Below are positions 34,261 to 43,411 of a stretch of 64,000 nucleotides of DNA, piece after piece (the stretch's first letter is position 1; each line of letters starts with the position of its first letter). Both the position numbers and the translations under genes were made by a program. The stretch lies in the IMG/VR virus record IMGVR_UViG_2944808559_000001, positions 23,109 to 87,108 of that record; one strand, given 5' to 3'. The notes below the pieces were generated by a model. That model did not search any database. It was given only the letters and a program-made list of their open reading frames with translations, and was not told where the DNA came from. Source of the stretch: a virus (lineage: Duplodnaviria; Heunggongvirae; Uroviricota; Caudoviricetes).

Positions 34261-36015
34261 CTACTGCTGCGCCGTCCACGTGGCCTGGGCCGCCTTGATG
34301 GCGTCGTCCCAGGTCTTGGTGCGTCCGGCGCAGTCGCGGAGCAGCTCGGCGACGCCTTCGGCCTCGTCGGTGGTGAGGTCCTGCAGCGTCGTCACGCCCC
34401 GGTTGAACAGCCGGGAGAGGTCTGCCAGCTGGTCCTCCGGGCTGAGCCGCTCGTCGAGCTTGGCGAACAGGGCGGTGATGTCGTCGAGCGCCTTGGCGCG
34501 CTTCCTGGCCGCCGCTGAGGTGGGCTGGTGCTTCCCGGCGCGGAACTGGGTCAGGAAGGCGTTCAGCTCGTTGTTCGCGGCCTCGCGGTGGCCGACGTTC
34601 ATGGCCTTGCGGAACGCCCCGGCCAGCGTCTGCGGGGAGCCGCCCGCTCGAGCCCATTCGGCGCGGATCATCTCCGCGAGGTGCTCGCGCTCGATCCCGT
34701 ACTTGTCCGGCATGGGCGGGTTCGCAGGCGGCTCGGCCGGGGCAGCGTCGGGCGCGTCGAGGTGGTCGAGCACCAGGGCGACCTGGTCGAACGTGAGGTC
34801 CTTGCGGCTCTCGATCTTCTCGCCCAGAATGCGGCCGATCTCGGCGCGGACCGCGTCCGCGTCCGTGATGCCGCGGTCGGCGAGCAGCGCGTGCACCGCG
34901 TTCATCATGGCCTTGCTCGGCTTCCGCGCCTTGGCCGGCTGCTCCGGCGCGGCCATAGGCCGTTCGGGGGGGAAGACCTCGCCGTCGATGGTGGGCACCG
35001 GGATGTCGTTGAGCGCCTTGATCAGTTCGTCGGCCTGCTCCTCGGTGAGCTGGCGGGCCGACTTGCGCTCGCCGAACAGCTTCTCCACCAGGTCCAGCGC
35101 CGCGTCCTTGCTCATCTTGCGGTCGCGGACGAGCCGGGCGATCTCGCGGTCCTGGTCCCCGGTCAGCCCGCCCGTGGGGAACGTCTGGCGGATCGTGACG
35201 GATTCGCGGACGGGCCGCGTCGGATCCGCCGCTGCCTCGTCCTCGTCGGGCTCGTTGGGGTGGGTGGTCATCTCGACGGGGTTGGCGGCGGGGTCGAAGT
35301 CCGTCCGGACGCCCTCGTCCACGGACAGGGCGACCGCCATCTCAAGGGCGGTCGGGATGGATTTGACCAGCCGGGCGCGAATCATCGTCTTCCGGCCCAT
35401 TTCATCGAAGTGGTCCCGCCACGGGCCGACGATGCCGTCCTTGTTCTTGGCCATCGCGAACTTGTCGCGGTGGGCCTGCATCTCGGCCAGGCTCATCGGC
35501 TCGGTGAGGATGCGCTGGGTCCCGTGCGGGCCCTGGATGCTCGCCATCGCGTAGAACCCGATGGCCGGGCCGCGCGGGGTGCCCAGCGGCGGCATCTTGT
35601 GGGTGAGCAGGTCAGCGCCGAGGTCCATCTCGAACACGTCGCCCTGGCGGACGATGTTCGACTGGACCGCGACGACCCTGGGGTGCCGGTAGGCCAGGTC
35701 GGCGTACCCGCGATAGCCGACAATCAGGGTGGCGTCGGTGCGCTTCTCTCGCCAGTTCTTCATCGGCAGCAGCCACGCGTGGCCGAGGCCTGCGACGCCC
35801 GGCCGCAGCCCGAGCTGCGCGCACGTCATCAGGCCGCCCAGCACGGACGGGGCGTAGCACGTGGCCAGCGCCGGTGTGGCGCGCAGGCTGTTCAGCGCGT
35901 CCTGCTTGAGCTGGGCGACCGTCACCCCCTTGGGCAGCGCCGCCTCGAACTCGGCGGTGTGCTTGCCGATGCGGTCATTCATCTCCTCGATCAGCGCGGG
36001 CAGATTGTCGCTCAT
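34261..36015 (-). CDS. recT: RecT-family single-strand annealing protein with a ~300-aa C-terminal extension
   Basis: The N-terminal ~280 aa are RecT-like. Total 584 aa. ATGA overlap with the exonuclease. Confidence 0.75.
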   Translation of the reverse strand: MSDNLPALIEEMNDRIGKHTAEFEAALPKGVTVAQLKQDALNSLRATPALATCYAPSVLGGLMTCAQLGLRPGVAGLGHAWLLPMKNWREKRTDATLIVGYRGYADLAYRHPRVVAVQSNIVRQGDVFEMDLGADLLTHKMPPLGTPRGPAIGFYAMASIQGPHGTQRILTEPMSLAEMQAHRDKFAMAKNKDGIVGPWRDHFDEMGRKTMIRARLVKSIPTALEMAVALSVDEGVRTDFDPAANPVEMTTHPNEPDEDEAAADPTRPVRESVTIRQTFPTGGLTGDQDREIARLVRDRKMSKDAALDLVEKLFGERKSARQLTEEQADELIKALNDIPVPTIDGEVFPPERPMAAPEQPAKARKPSKAMMNAVHALLADRGITDADAVRAEIGRILGEKIESRKDLTFDQVALVLDHLDAPDAAPAEPPANPPMPDKYGIEREHLAEMIRAEWARAGGSPQTLAGAFRKAMNVGHREAANNELNAFLTQFRAGKHQPTSAAARKRAKALDDITALFAKLDERLSPEDQLADLSRLFNRGVTTLQDLTTDEAEGVAELLRDCAGRTKTWDDAIKAAQATWTAQQ

Positions 36016-36956
36016 GCGGCCTCCTCCGTGGTGTCGTCAGGAAGATCAGGCGGTGGCACCTGATCGAGCTTGTTGTCGGGCTTCACGTACGGCAGGCCCT
36101 TGCTGGAGAGCTGACGCAGCGCGTAGTCGTAGCCGCCGTGCATGGCGCGTCGTGCGGTGCCCATGAACGTGGCGACCTTGGACAGCGCCAGCAGCTTCCG
36201 GTCCTCGGCCGCGTCCATGCCGAGGACGGCCGCGCGCAGCTCGGCCGCCAGGTCGGCGGGCAGCTGCACCGTGGCCTCGGGGTCGATCTTCGGGTGCAGC
36301 TTGCGCACCGTGGCGTACGTGGCCGGGTGCTCGTCAAGCTCCGGCATCTCATCCCAGAACACCGACGCCAGGAAGTCCTCGGCCGCGTCGCGCAGGATTG
36401 CCGCCTCGGCGGGGTCGTACTCGATGACGTACTCGCGGAACGACAGACGGCCGTCGAGCAGGCCGAACCGCCAGCGCGGGACACCGAAGGTGTCCATGTA
36501 CCAGACGACCTGCACCCGGTAGTACAGCGGCACCTCGTCGGTGCCGGGGCGGCCCCATCCAGAGCCGTAGGCGTCGGCGTCGGTCTTGAACTCAGCGCCC
36601 TCGACCAGCACACCGTCCTCGAAGCACAGCGCGTCCGGGCTGGCCAGCTGGTAGTCCCGGTCGACGTGCACGTACGTGCCGCCGGAGCGGACCGTGAACT
36701 CCGGGTGCTGGTCGGCGAACCAGGCGCGGATGCCGGGCTCCAGGTAGTGGCCACGCATCTGCGCGGCGGTCGTCGGCTCCGGCTTGATGAGGCCCTTCTG
36801 CAGGCACCACTCCGAGTACGGCGACGCCCACGGCGACTTCCCGATCACCGCGGCCATCGACGACCCGCCGAGCCGGCCGCGGCGCTCCTTGCGTCCGCGG
36901 CGGCTGTCGGGGCGGAACCGGCCGAGGCGGCGGGCGGTCCCGACGGTCGCGGTCAT
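36012..36956 (-). CDS. YqaJ-like viral recombinase exonuclease (PD-(D/E)xK, lambda Exo-like)
   Basis: Internal ATG (MTATVGTARRL..). ILGKSPWASPYSEW...DALCFED...GAEFKTDADA motifs. 314 aa. Confidence 0.7.
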   Translation of the reverse strand: MTATVGTARRLGRFRPDSRRGRKERRGRLGGSSMAAVIGKSPWASPYSEWCLQKGLIKPEPTTAAQMRGHYLEPGIRAWFADQHPEFTVRSGGTYVHVDRDYQLASPDALCFEDGVLVEGAEFKTDADAYGSGWGRPGTDEVPLYYRVQVVWYMDTFGVPRWRFGLLDGRLSFREYVIEYDPAEAAILRDAAEDFLASVFWDEMPELDEHPATYATVRKLHPKIDPEATVQLPADLAAELRAAVLGMDAAEDRKLLALSKVATFMGTARRAMHGGYDYALRQLSSKGLPYVKPDNKLDQVPPPDLPDDTTEEAA

Positions 36957-37363
36957 CACGGCCGCTCCGGACGCTGCTTCGCCTGTTCGAGGCGGCGACT
37001 GCCGGGAGTCTTGAGGCGGAACGGCCCGCACAGCTGGTCTGCCGTCTGGAGTTCGTCGTTGACGAAGCCAGCGCCGGACTCGCAGGTGAGAGCGATGCCG
37101 TCCCCGTACTCCTCGGGCGTGTGGGCGAACCAGTCCTTGCCACTCGCGTCCGTCCAGATGTCGCCGCAGAGCGGCGGCCATTCGGCGGCGCGGACGAGCG
37201 TGTGCCTGACCGTGTCGTCGTCCGTCCGGAAGTAGGCGCTCGCGCCGCACCCATTGGGGTTGCCGATGCCATACCGGGCTGGATCGTTCGGGTCGACGTC
37301 GACGATCGTGCCCCGGCGGACGACCTCGACCAGGTCGCCCTTGCGGTACAGGGGTTCGCTCAC
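36956..37363 (-). CDS. hypothetical protein, tandem paralog (135 aa)
   Basis: MSEPLYRKGDLVEV..VDPNDPARYGIGNPNG...FRTDDDTVRHTLV.AAEWPPLCGDIW.D parallels the next gene. Confidence 0.5.
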   Translation of the reverse strand: MSEPLYRKGDLVEVVRRGTIVDVDPNDPARYGIGNPNGCGASAYFRTDDDTVRHTLVRAAEWPPLCGDIWTDASGKDWFAHTPEEYGDGIALTCESGAGFVNDELQTADQLCGPFRLKTPGSRRLEQAKQRPERP

Positions 37364-37752
37364 CGGCCGCCCTCCCGTTCGAGGCGGACGCTGCCGGGGA
37401 TCTCCAGGTGGAACGTCCCGTAGTTCCGGACGGCCTTCATCAGGCCGTGCTCGCCGATGTAGGTCGCCCCGAACTCGCTGGTCAGGACGATGAGGTCCGG
37501 CTGGTCGGGGTCAACCTGGCAGAACCAGCGCTTGCGGTTGCGGTCGCGCCAGATGTCGCCCGGCAGTGGCGGCCAGTCGGCCGTGGCCATCAGGACGTGG
37601 TCGATGCTGGCGTCGTCGGTGCGGAAGGACACCAGGCCGTGGTCTCCGTAACGGAGGTGGTGCCGGGCCGGGTCCTCCGGGTCGACCCGGTCGATGACGC
37701 CGGGGATGGTCAGCGTGACGCTGTCGCCTTCGCGGTACATGCGCGTGCTCAC
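37360..37752 (-). CDS. hypothetical protein, tandem paralog (130 aa, GTG start)
   Basis: VSTRMYREGDSVTL..VDPEDPARHHLRYGDHG..FRTDDASIDHVLMATADWPPLPGDIWRD. GTGA overlap. Confidence 0.5.
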   Translation of the reverse strand: MSTRMYREGDSVTLTIPGVIDRVDPEDPARHHLRYGDHGLVSFRTDDASIDHVLMATADWPPLPGDIWRDRNRKRWFCQVDPDQPDLIVLTSEFGATYIGEHGLMKAVRNYGTFHLEIPGSVRLEREGGR

Positions 37753-37952
37753 CGGGCGCCCCCCTGCTCGAACCAGATGTAGTCGTGCTCGTCGGCGGGC
37801 GTGAGCTGCTGCTCGGCCGGGTTGCTGGGGTCGCGCCACACCGGCCGGGCCGGGGGCTGGCTGGGGCGCTGGTCGTCGCCGGCCAGGGCGGACAGCCAGG
37901 CCAGGTGCTCGGCGTCGGCGGAGTCGTCGTAGGGGCGGCGGCCGAATCTCAT
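37749..37952 (-). CDS. hypothetical small protein (~67 aa from internal ATG)
   Basis: MRFGRRPYDDSADAEHLAWLSALAGDD... The upstream part of the track ORF is arginine-rich junk. Confidence 0.3.
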   Translation of the reverse strand: MRFGRRPYDDSADAEHLAWLSALAGDDQRPSQPPARPVWRDPSNPAEQQLTPADEHDYIWFEQGGAR

Positions 37953-38287
37953 CGCTGCCCTCCGTTGGCGAGGGCGGTCGGGGGGATCTCGCTGCGGCGG
38001 GCCAGCTCGGTGCGGACGACGCGCATGACGAGCTGGGAGACGCCGCCGAGCTGGTTGCCCTCGTCGTAGAGGGCGAGGAGCTGCTCGCCGGGCATGGCGT
38101 GGGCCTGTTCGGCGAGGATGCTCGCGAAGCGGTTGAGGAAGGTGCCGGGGGTGCACAGCGGGCACCCCCGGCTCTGCGCGTCGGCTACATGATCACCGTG
38201 AGGTGCGGTGCACTCCGATACGGGCGTCGTCTCGCTAGTGAGGTTGCTAGCGAGAAGAACGTCCGGGGCGCGCGTGGTGGGGTTCAT
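37949..38287 (-). CDS. hypothetical protein (~113 aa)
   Basis: MNPTTRAPDVLLASNLTSE...CTAPHGDHVADAQSRGCPLCTPG. ATGA overlap. Confidence 0.4.
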   Translation of the reverse strand: MNPTTRAPDVLLASNLTSETTPVSECTAPHGDHVADAQSRGCPLCTPGTFLNRFASILAEQAHAMPGEQLLALYDEGNQLGGVSQLVMRVVRTELARRSEIPPTALANGGQR

Positions 38288-38304
38288 GGTGGGTCTCGTT
38301 TCGG

Positions 38305-38802
38305 TCAGGCGGCAGTGCAGGTGCAGGGGCAGGAGCATGCGGTCGCCCGGGGCAGGACGAGCCGCTCGGCGAGGTAGTGCACGACGGCCCCGTACGGGAC
38401 GCGGTGGGAGCGGTTGTGCACCTTGAAGTACGGCAGGCGACCGTTCGCCACCAGCAGATTGGCAGTCCGGTGGCTGACGCCGAGGATCTTGCTGACGTCG
38501 GCGACGCGGATCAGGTCCAGCCGCATCAGCTCGTCGAGGGGGACGGGCACGCGGTCGCGCAGCTTCGCCAGGGTGGTGCGGTAGTCGGAGCCGATCGAGG
38601 CGGCCAGCGACTTGTATCCCTCGGGGGTGACGGTGAGGCGTCGGCCGCCGCTCGCGGCGGGCCCGAGGGTGACGAGCCGGGTGTCGGTGAGGGCCCGCAG
38701 CACGTCAGCGGGAATGTCCGGGTCGGTGTCGCGGACGTCGTCCGTGCTTGCTCTCCGCAGCACGCTGAGCGCTTTCGTAGCGCGTTCTCGCTGGTCTTCC
38801 AC
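38305..38802 (-). CDS. excisionase-family/MerR-like HTH DNA-binding protein, candidate Cro/Xis-like early regulator
   Basis: C-terminal LIRVADVSKILGVSHRTANLLVANGRLPYFKV. GTG start with purine-rich RBS GGGAGGGGG. First minus-strand gene leftward of the switch region. Confidence 0.55.
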   Translation of the reverse strand: MEDQRERATKALSVLRRASTDDVRDTDPDIPADVLRALTDTRLVTLGPAASGGRRLTVTPEGYKSLAASIGSDYRTTLAKLRDRVPVPLDELMRLDLIRVADVSKILGVSHRTANLLVANGRLPYFKVHNRSHRVPYGAVVHYLAERLVLPRATACSCPCTCTAA

Positions 38803-39065
38803 GGGTCCCCCTCCCCTCCCCTCACTCGCTAGTTGATCTTGTTTGGGATGGATCTTGCGCACGTGACGAACTTAGTGCGCATCGTGCGCTTCCGTCAACA
38901 TTTGTGCGCTCTGGAGACTACTGTCATTGCCTAAGAGAACGGGCGGAATGCTTGAGAGGCCAGCATTGACAGGAAGTTCCGTACCCAAACCGCAAGTCGG
39001 CTGCTACTGTGACGCCGAAGCGCAAAGTGCGCACCTAAGCGCCAGGTAGGAAAGGGGCAAGCCTC
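38803..39065. promoter_or_regulatory. immunity switch region with at least five TGCGCA(N) motifs (38856, 38876, 38885, 38905, 39028) and GCGCAAAGTGCGCA at 39020-39033, between the divergent Xis-like and XRE genes
   Basis: Read directly. AT-richer than the flanks. A TTGACA -35-like hexamer sits at ~38968. Confidence 0.5.
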
Positions 39066-39575
39066 GTGCGAACCACCGATACACGCAACGAAGCCGCGCT
39101 CACCGAACAGGGCGCGTTCTTCAAGGCCAAGCGCACCGAACGTCTCGACGCCATGACGCTGATCCAGGCGGCCGAACAGATCTCCCGGCTCTCGCCCCGC
39201 CAGCCGATCTCCAACAGCGGCATCTCCCACTGGGAAAGCGGCCGGCGACGCGTCGACGACCGCTTCGTCGTCATGATGGCGCTCGCCTACGGCAACATCG
39301 ACCCCGAGGAGCTCGAACAGCTCGGCCGCGGCAAGGCCGCCGAATGGCTGCGCAGGGAGCTGGCCGAACGCACCGCCGAACAGGCGCACGTCGCCGACGC
39401 GCACGTGGACATCGACGCGATCATCGCTCGCCTGCAGCGCCAGCTGTCGGAGATCAACGCGCTACCCCGCACCAGCCCCGAAGCTAAGAGACGCATGGCG
39501 GAGGCGCTGCTTCGGCACCACGAGAGCGTGGCCGACATGACCGACGCCCAGCTCGGCCTCGACACCGCCTCCTGA
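39066..39575 (+). CDS. XRE-family HTH transcriptional regulator, candidate phage repressor
   Basis: 169 aa. LTEQGAFFKAKRTERLDAMTLIQAAEQISRLSPRQPISNSGISHWESGRR is the HTH_XRE pattern. GTG start with RBS AGGAAAGGGG. Plus strand, divergent from the early genes. Confidence 0.65.
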   Translation: MRTTDTRNEAALTEQGAFFKAKRTERLDAMTLIQAAEQISRLSPRQPISNSGISHWESGRRRVDDRFVVMMALAYGNIDPEELEQLGRGKAAEWLRRELAERTAEQAHVADAHVDIDAIIARLQRQLSEINALPRTSPEAKRRMAEALLRHHESVADMTDAQLGLDTAS

Positions 39576-39576
39576 G

Positions 39577-40515
39577 TCAGCCGTCGACGACCTTCGACAA
39601 CCAGCCCACGCGGGCGGCGTGCAAGCCGAGCTGGAAGCGCGTCGATACCTCGGCCCGGTCCATCAACTGCTGAATCCGGCGGATCACCGTGCGCTTGGAG
39701 ATGCCGAGCGCGGTGGCGATCTGCTGTTCCGTCGCGCCCCGGGCCAGATGCCGGACGATGGTGATCTCCTGCTCGGTCGGCCGTTCCTGGTCCGTGCCGT
39801 TGTTGCGCCAGGCCGTCCGGCGCGGCAGGGCCCGCTCCCAGAACAGCTCGAACGTGGCCAGCAACGCGTCCATGACAGTGCTCGGGTGCACGAGCAGCAC
39901 CGGCAGATCCCGGTCGGCATGCTGCGGCACCAACGCCCGGTCCCGATCGCCGATGATCAGCTTGAAAGGCAGCCGGTCGATCACCCTGATTTCGCATCCC
40001 CACTGATGGGCGCGTTCGGCGGCGTCGACAGCCTCTTTGTCCGCGAAGACCTCCTCCTCCATCAGAATGCGGCAGCGCGGGTGATCCTGATCGGGCAGAT
40101 CCTGCTCCCCCGTCACCACCCGGAAAGGAGCTGTCGCGAACGACAGCAACTCCCGGCGTGCCGTCTGCTCGATATGGCCGAACGTCTTACGGACGTGGTC
40201 GAGATCGGTCAGAACATCAACAGCCGCCTGGCCCCTGTGCAGGTGGCTGTTGGCCTCGTAGAGCATCTCGAGCTCCGCCATGCGCGCCTCCGCCGCGGCC
40301 ATGGCGCGCTGCCCTTCCACCAGGCGTCTTTTCAAGGCCAGTTCAGGACGGGCAGCGGTGAGCAGACCTTCCCCGTAGATCAGCCCATCCGCGCGCAACT
40401 GCTGGGCGGCATCAGCGAGGTTGCGAGACAGACTGTCCACGTGGGAAGGGCCCTCAGTCAGCAATAACCGATAGAGCGCCTCGGCGTCTTCGTCGAGCCC
40501 GAGAATCTGATGCAT
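39577..40515 (-). CDS. LuxR-family transcriptional regulator (C-terminal LuxR HTH)
   Basis: LARGATEQQIATALGISKRTVIRRIQQLMDRAEVSTRFQLGLHAARVGWL. Convergent with the XRE gene. Confidence 0.65.
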   Translation of the reverse strand: MHQILGLDEDAEALYRLLLTEGPSHVDSLSRNLADAAQQLRADGLIYGEGLLTAARPELALKRRLVEGQRAMAAAEARMAELEMLYEANSHLHRGQAAVDVLTDLDHVRKTFGHIEQTARRELLSFATAPFRVVTGEQDLPDQDHPRCRILMEEEVFADKEAVDAAERAHQWGCEIRVIDRLPFKLIIGDRDRALVPQHADRDLPVLLVHPSTVMDALLATFELFWERALPRRTAWRNNGTDQERPTEQEITIVRHLARGATEQQIATALGISKRTVIRRIQQLMDRAEVSTRFQLGLHAARVGWLSKVVDG

Positions 40516-40856
40516 GGTCTCCCGCTTGGGCCGGGGCCCCGGCCGAGCGGGACCGTTCCACTACTTCATGGGTGATGGATCAGCTGCGGTCTCACGTCCG
40601 TGCGAGTGTCCGAGCCGGTAGGCCCGGTACGACGAGCTCGCATGACGCTGTAGGGGTGCGAGTCGCAATGCCTGTACAGAGAGCGGTGCCACGACGGTGA
40701 CCCCCCACCCGCTCATGAGAAGCACCTCATCCGCGCCGCAGTCGAACAATGGTGTGACCGCGAGGAGGAACCAGCTGGTGGCCGCCGCCGCCGAACAGAC
40801 CAGCCACGCCCGGTCGAACCGGGCCGGCCTCGGGGCGTCCGTGTCCTGCGGGTCGT

Positions 40857-41216
40857 TCACCAACCCCCCAAATGCGCCTGGAGGCTGGCGGGGATGTTGC
40901 TCGCGTTGGGGAAGGTCGTGGTCTCGGTGGTGATCCGAGAATGCGTGGTGACCTTCGTGATGGTGACCGAACCGTCGGCGTTGGTGACCTTGGTGTAGGC
41001 GGTCGTGGTCGACGTCCGGACGGGGGTTTCCGCCGCAGGGGAGTCCGTGGGGGTCGGCACCGGGGGCAACTCCGGCTCGTCGCTGGCAACCGGGTCGCTC
41101 GTGGGGGTGGGCTCGCTCGTGGCGGTCGGCTGAGCGGGGGGAGGTGCAGTGTCGTCCGCGTAGGCCGCGGTGGTCGACGCGAGCAGTATGGCCACGCCGG
41201 CGGTGGCCAGCAGCAT
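40857..41216 (-). CDS. small secreted Pro/Thr-rich protein (signal peptide MLLATAGVAILLASTTAAYA)
   Basis: Internal ATG of the track ORF. Other overlapping frames are judged spurious. Confidence 0.45.
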   Translation of the reverse strand: MLLATAGVAILLASTTAAYADDTAPPPAQPTATSEPTPTSDPVASDEPELPPVPTPTDSPAAETPVRTSTTTAYTKVTNADGSVTITKVTTHSRITTETTTFPNASNIPASLQAHLGGW

Positions 41217-41562
41217 CCGGGGGTGACGGGAAAGTCGAGACAGCACGGCTGGGCCCTTTCGGGTAGAGATTGTCCGGGTACGGCGCACGCCTGCTGACGA
41301 TTGAAACTGCAAGTGTCAGCGGCATTTGTCATCGCCTGTGGAGGGATATGCAAATGGTCTGGCCCAGCCTCTGTCCATAGTTTTCCGCGGCACGTTTTTA
41401 CCATGGCACCAAAGTGCCAAAAGGGTTGTTACCGAAACCGAGCGTAGCCATCGCACATAGTGATCGAACGTAACGATCCATGCCGTCGCCGTGACTATGA
41501 ATTCCACCCGTGACAGAGTGTGGTGCTTCCAAGATCAAGAGGGTCGTCGAAGGGCTTCAGCC

Positions 41563-41799
41563 ATGAAGATTGACGTGGACGCACCGACCACCCTGCCCGG
41601 CGCGGGGGCAGGGCTCATCTTCCTCGTCGCCCAGGCGGCCGAACCATCGCTATTCCTCGCCGGCGTCGCAATTACCGCGATGGCAGTCTGCGCCGCCTTG
41701 TTCATCAGGGCCGTCCATACCAAGCCCGCGCAGCCGCCGCTTCCGGACTACATCGCCTACGAGGTGGGCCTGCGCGACGGAAGCAGAACCGCCCGATGA
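41563..41799 (+). CDS. small membrane protein (78 aa)
   Basis: MKIDVDAPTTLPGAGAGLIFLVAQAAEPSLFLAGVAITAMAVCAALFI. Preceded by a low-GC (~50%) regulatory region. Confidence 0.4.
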   Translation: MKIDVDAPTTLPGAGAGLIFLVAQAAEPSLFLAGVAITAMAVCAALFIRAVHTKPAQPPLPDYIAYEVGLRDGSRTAR

Positions 41800-41847
41800 T
41801 CGAACAAGCTCCAGGGCTGCGGTGCGCGGCCCTGGAGCCATGAGACG

Positions 41848-42087
41848 TCAGCCAGGCAGGTCGAACCGGGTCGTGGTGCGCACGCCGTCGAGGAAGATCT
41901 GCCACTCCCCAGGAGAGAACTGGTTGACCGGCCCGCGTTCGTCGGGTCCGCCGCCGGACGCCCGGGATCTGGTTACCTCCACACGTCCGCGATGCAGCCG
42001 CACCCAGACACAACCCCCCGACTCCGAAGCCGGAGCCTTACGCCATTCCTCGGTCAGCACGCTGCAGAAACTCCTCGCGGATCGCAT
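41848..42087 (-). CDS. DUF397 domain protein
   Basis: WRKAPASESGGCVWV...GPVNQFSPGEWQIFLDGV matches the Streptomyces DUF397 pattern (WRKSSYS..G.CVEV...F...EW..F). Confidence 0.6.
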   Translation of the reverse strand: MRSARSFCSVLTEEWRKAPASESGGCVWVRLHRGRVEVTRSRASGGGPDERGPVNQFSPGEWQIFLDGVRTTTRFDLPG

Positions 42088-42874
42088 GGATGAGATCAGC
42101 CGACTCCTCTGGGGTCAGCGCTGCGGCGGCCAGGTGCTCGAACCGAAGCTCGAACTCCGCCGCAGCCTGATCCACGATCTCATCCACGCTCTCCTGGTAC
42201 AGCACCGTAGGCATGTCCGGCATCCCGTACAGCACGAACGACGGCATCACCACCGGCCCGGCAAGCACACGGATCGACGTCGTCGACCGGCCGGCCTCCT
42301 CGAGGAGTCTGCCGAGCTGGTCGGCCATCACCTGAGGGCCGCCGAACGGCTGGCGCAGCGCCTGCTCGCCGATGATGGCCTCCACCGCGGGCGGGTCGTC
42401 GGCCGACAGCAGCGCCTGGCGGGCGATCCGGGCGCGGGCGCGCAACTGCACCAAGCCGCGCTCCTCCCACGGCCGGTCGGCGGCGATGACTTCGCGGGCG
42501 TAGTCGAGGGTCTGCAGCAGGCCGGGCACCACTTGTGTCTGCCAGTAGCGGACGACGCGGGCCTCGGTCTCGTAGATGACGTAGTCGCCGAGGACCTTGC
42601 CGTACGGCTTCCACCACGGCTCGGTGCGAGCGTCCATGATGAGCTGAATGCAGCGCCGCTGGGTCGGCTCGTCGGCGCCGTACAGCGCGAGGACGTCGCG
42701 GACGTATCCGGGCGTCACCAGCGAGTGGCCGTTCTCGACGTTCGACACCTTGCCGCGTGAGCAGCCCAGTTTCTGCGCGACCTCGTCCAGCTTCAGGCCA
42801 CGGGCAGCGCGCAACTCACGCAGCGCTTCTCCAAGCTGGGCACGGCGCAAGGGCGGACTGATACGCGACGACAT
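42038..42874 (-). CDS. XRE-family HTH regulator with DUF5753-like C-terminus (partner of DUF397)
   Basis: LGEALRELRAARGLKLDEVAQKLGCSRGKVSNVENG. Canonical actinomycete XRE/DUF397 gene pair. Confidence 0.65.
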   Translation of the reverse strand: MSSRISPPLRRAQLGEALRELRAARGLKLDEVAQKLGCSRGKVSNVENGHSLVTPGYVRDVLALYGADEPTQRRCIQLIMDARTEPWWKPYGKVLGDYVIYETEARVVRYWQTQVVPGLLQTLDYAREVIAADRPWEERGLVQLRARARIARQALLSADDPPAVEAIIGEQALRQPFGGPQVMADQLGRLLEEAGRSTTSIRVLAGPVVMPSFVLYGMPDMPTVLYQESVDEIVDQAAAEFELRFEHLAAAALTPEESADLIHAIREEFLQRADRGMA

Positions 42875-43056
42875 GAGGGAATTGTGGGGGAATGGCAGAG
42901 AAGGCTCGCGAGCGGCACAGCAACCGTGATGACAAAGTGATCAGGGAAAACGCTTCCCTGATAAGCGAGCCATGGACGCATCTCGTGCCTGCACACGACG
43001 AAGCCCCGGCGCTTCTGTCATACGCCGGGACTTCGTTTTCAACACGCTCGACGAGA

Positions 43057-43407
43057 CTACGGCTCGGCAGGCGCGTTGACAATCTCCTGGATCTTCTGGA
43101 ACCGCAGACCGGTGATCTGGCTGATGCTGGCCCGCGTGACCAAGCTCTTCTTGTCCGCCGCAGGCACTCCTTCGGGCGAAGCCGCGGCCGTGCGAATCGC
43201 CTCATGCCATGCCGCGGTGGGCGCGGCCATCGCTCGGTCGTACTCCTCCTGAGCGGCCCGCTGGGCATCGCGGTACAGCGCGGTCGCGTCGACCAGGGCC
43301 CGCTCGGCCTTCTCGCGTTGCTCTGCAGGCGGCAGCCTGCCGGGGTGTCGCCTCGTCATGGTCAGCATGTTAGTCCTTGCATTCTCGACGTCGACTAGAT
43401 CGGCCAC
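43057..43407 (-). CDS. hypothetical protein (116 aa)
   Basis: ORF track. Confidence 0.4.
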   Translation of the reverse strand: MADLVDVENARTNMLTMTRRHPGRLPPAEQREKAERALVDATALYRDAQRAAQEEYDRAMAAPTAAWHEAIRTAAASPEGVPAADKKSLVTRASISQITGLRFQKIQEIVNAPAEP

Positions 43408-43411
43408 ATGG

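Noticed and set aside
33515-34657. 380-aa minus ORF spanning 33515..34657
   Set aside because: Almost entirely Arg/Pro/Ala/Gly low-complexity and overlaps the better-supported 147-aa gene. Only the C-terminal 80 aa (33515..33757) were kept as a tentative gene.
40561-41325. 254-aa minus ORF overlapping the small secreted protein gene
   Set aside because: Different frame from the signal-peptide ORF and rich in Arg/Pro/His low-complexity. Judged a high-GC artefact.
41316-41507. 63-aa minus ORF in the 41.3-41.5 kb low-GC island
   Set aside because: The region is ~50% GC with several palindromes and looks regulatory. The ORF has no RBS and odd composition.
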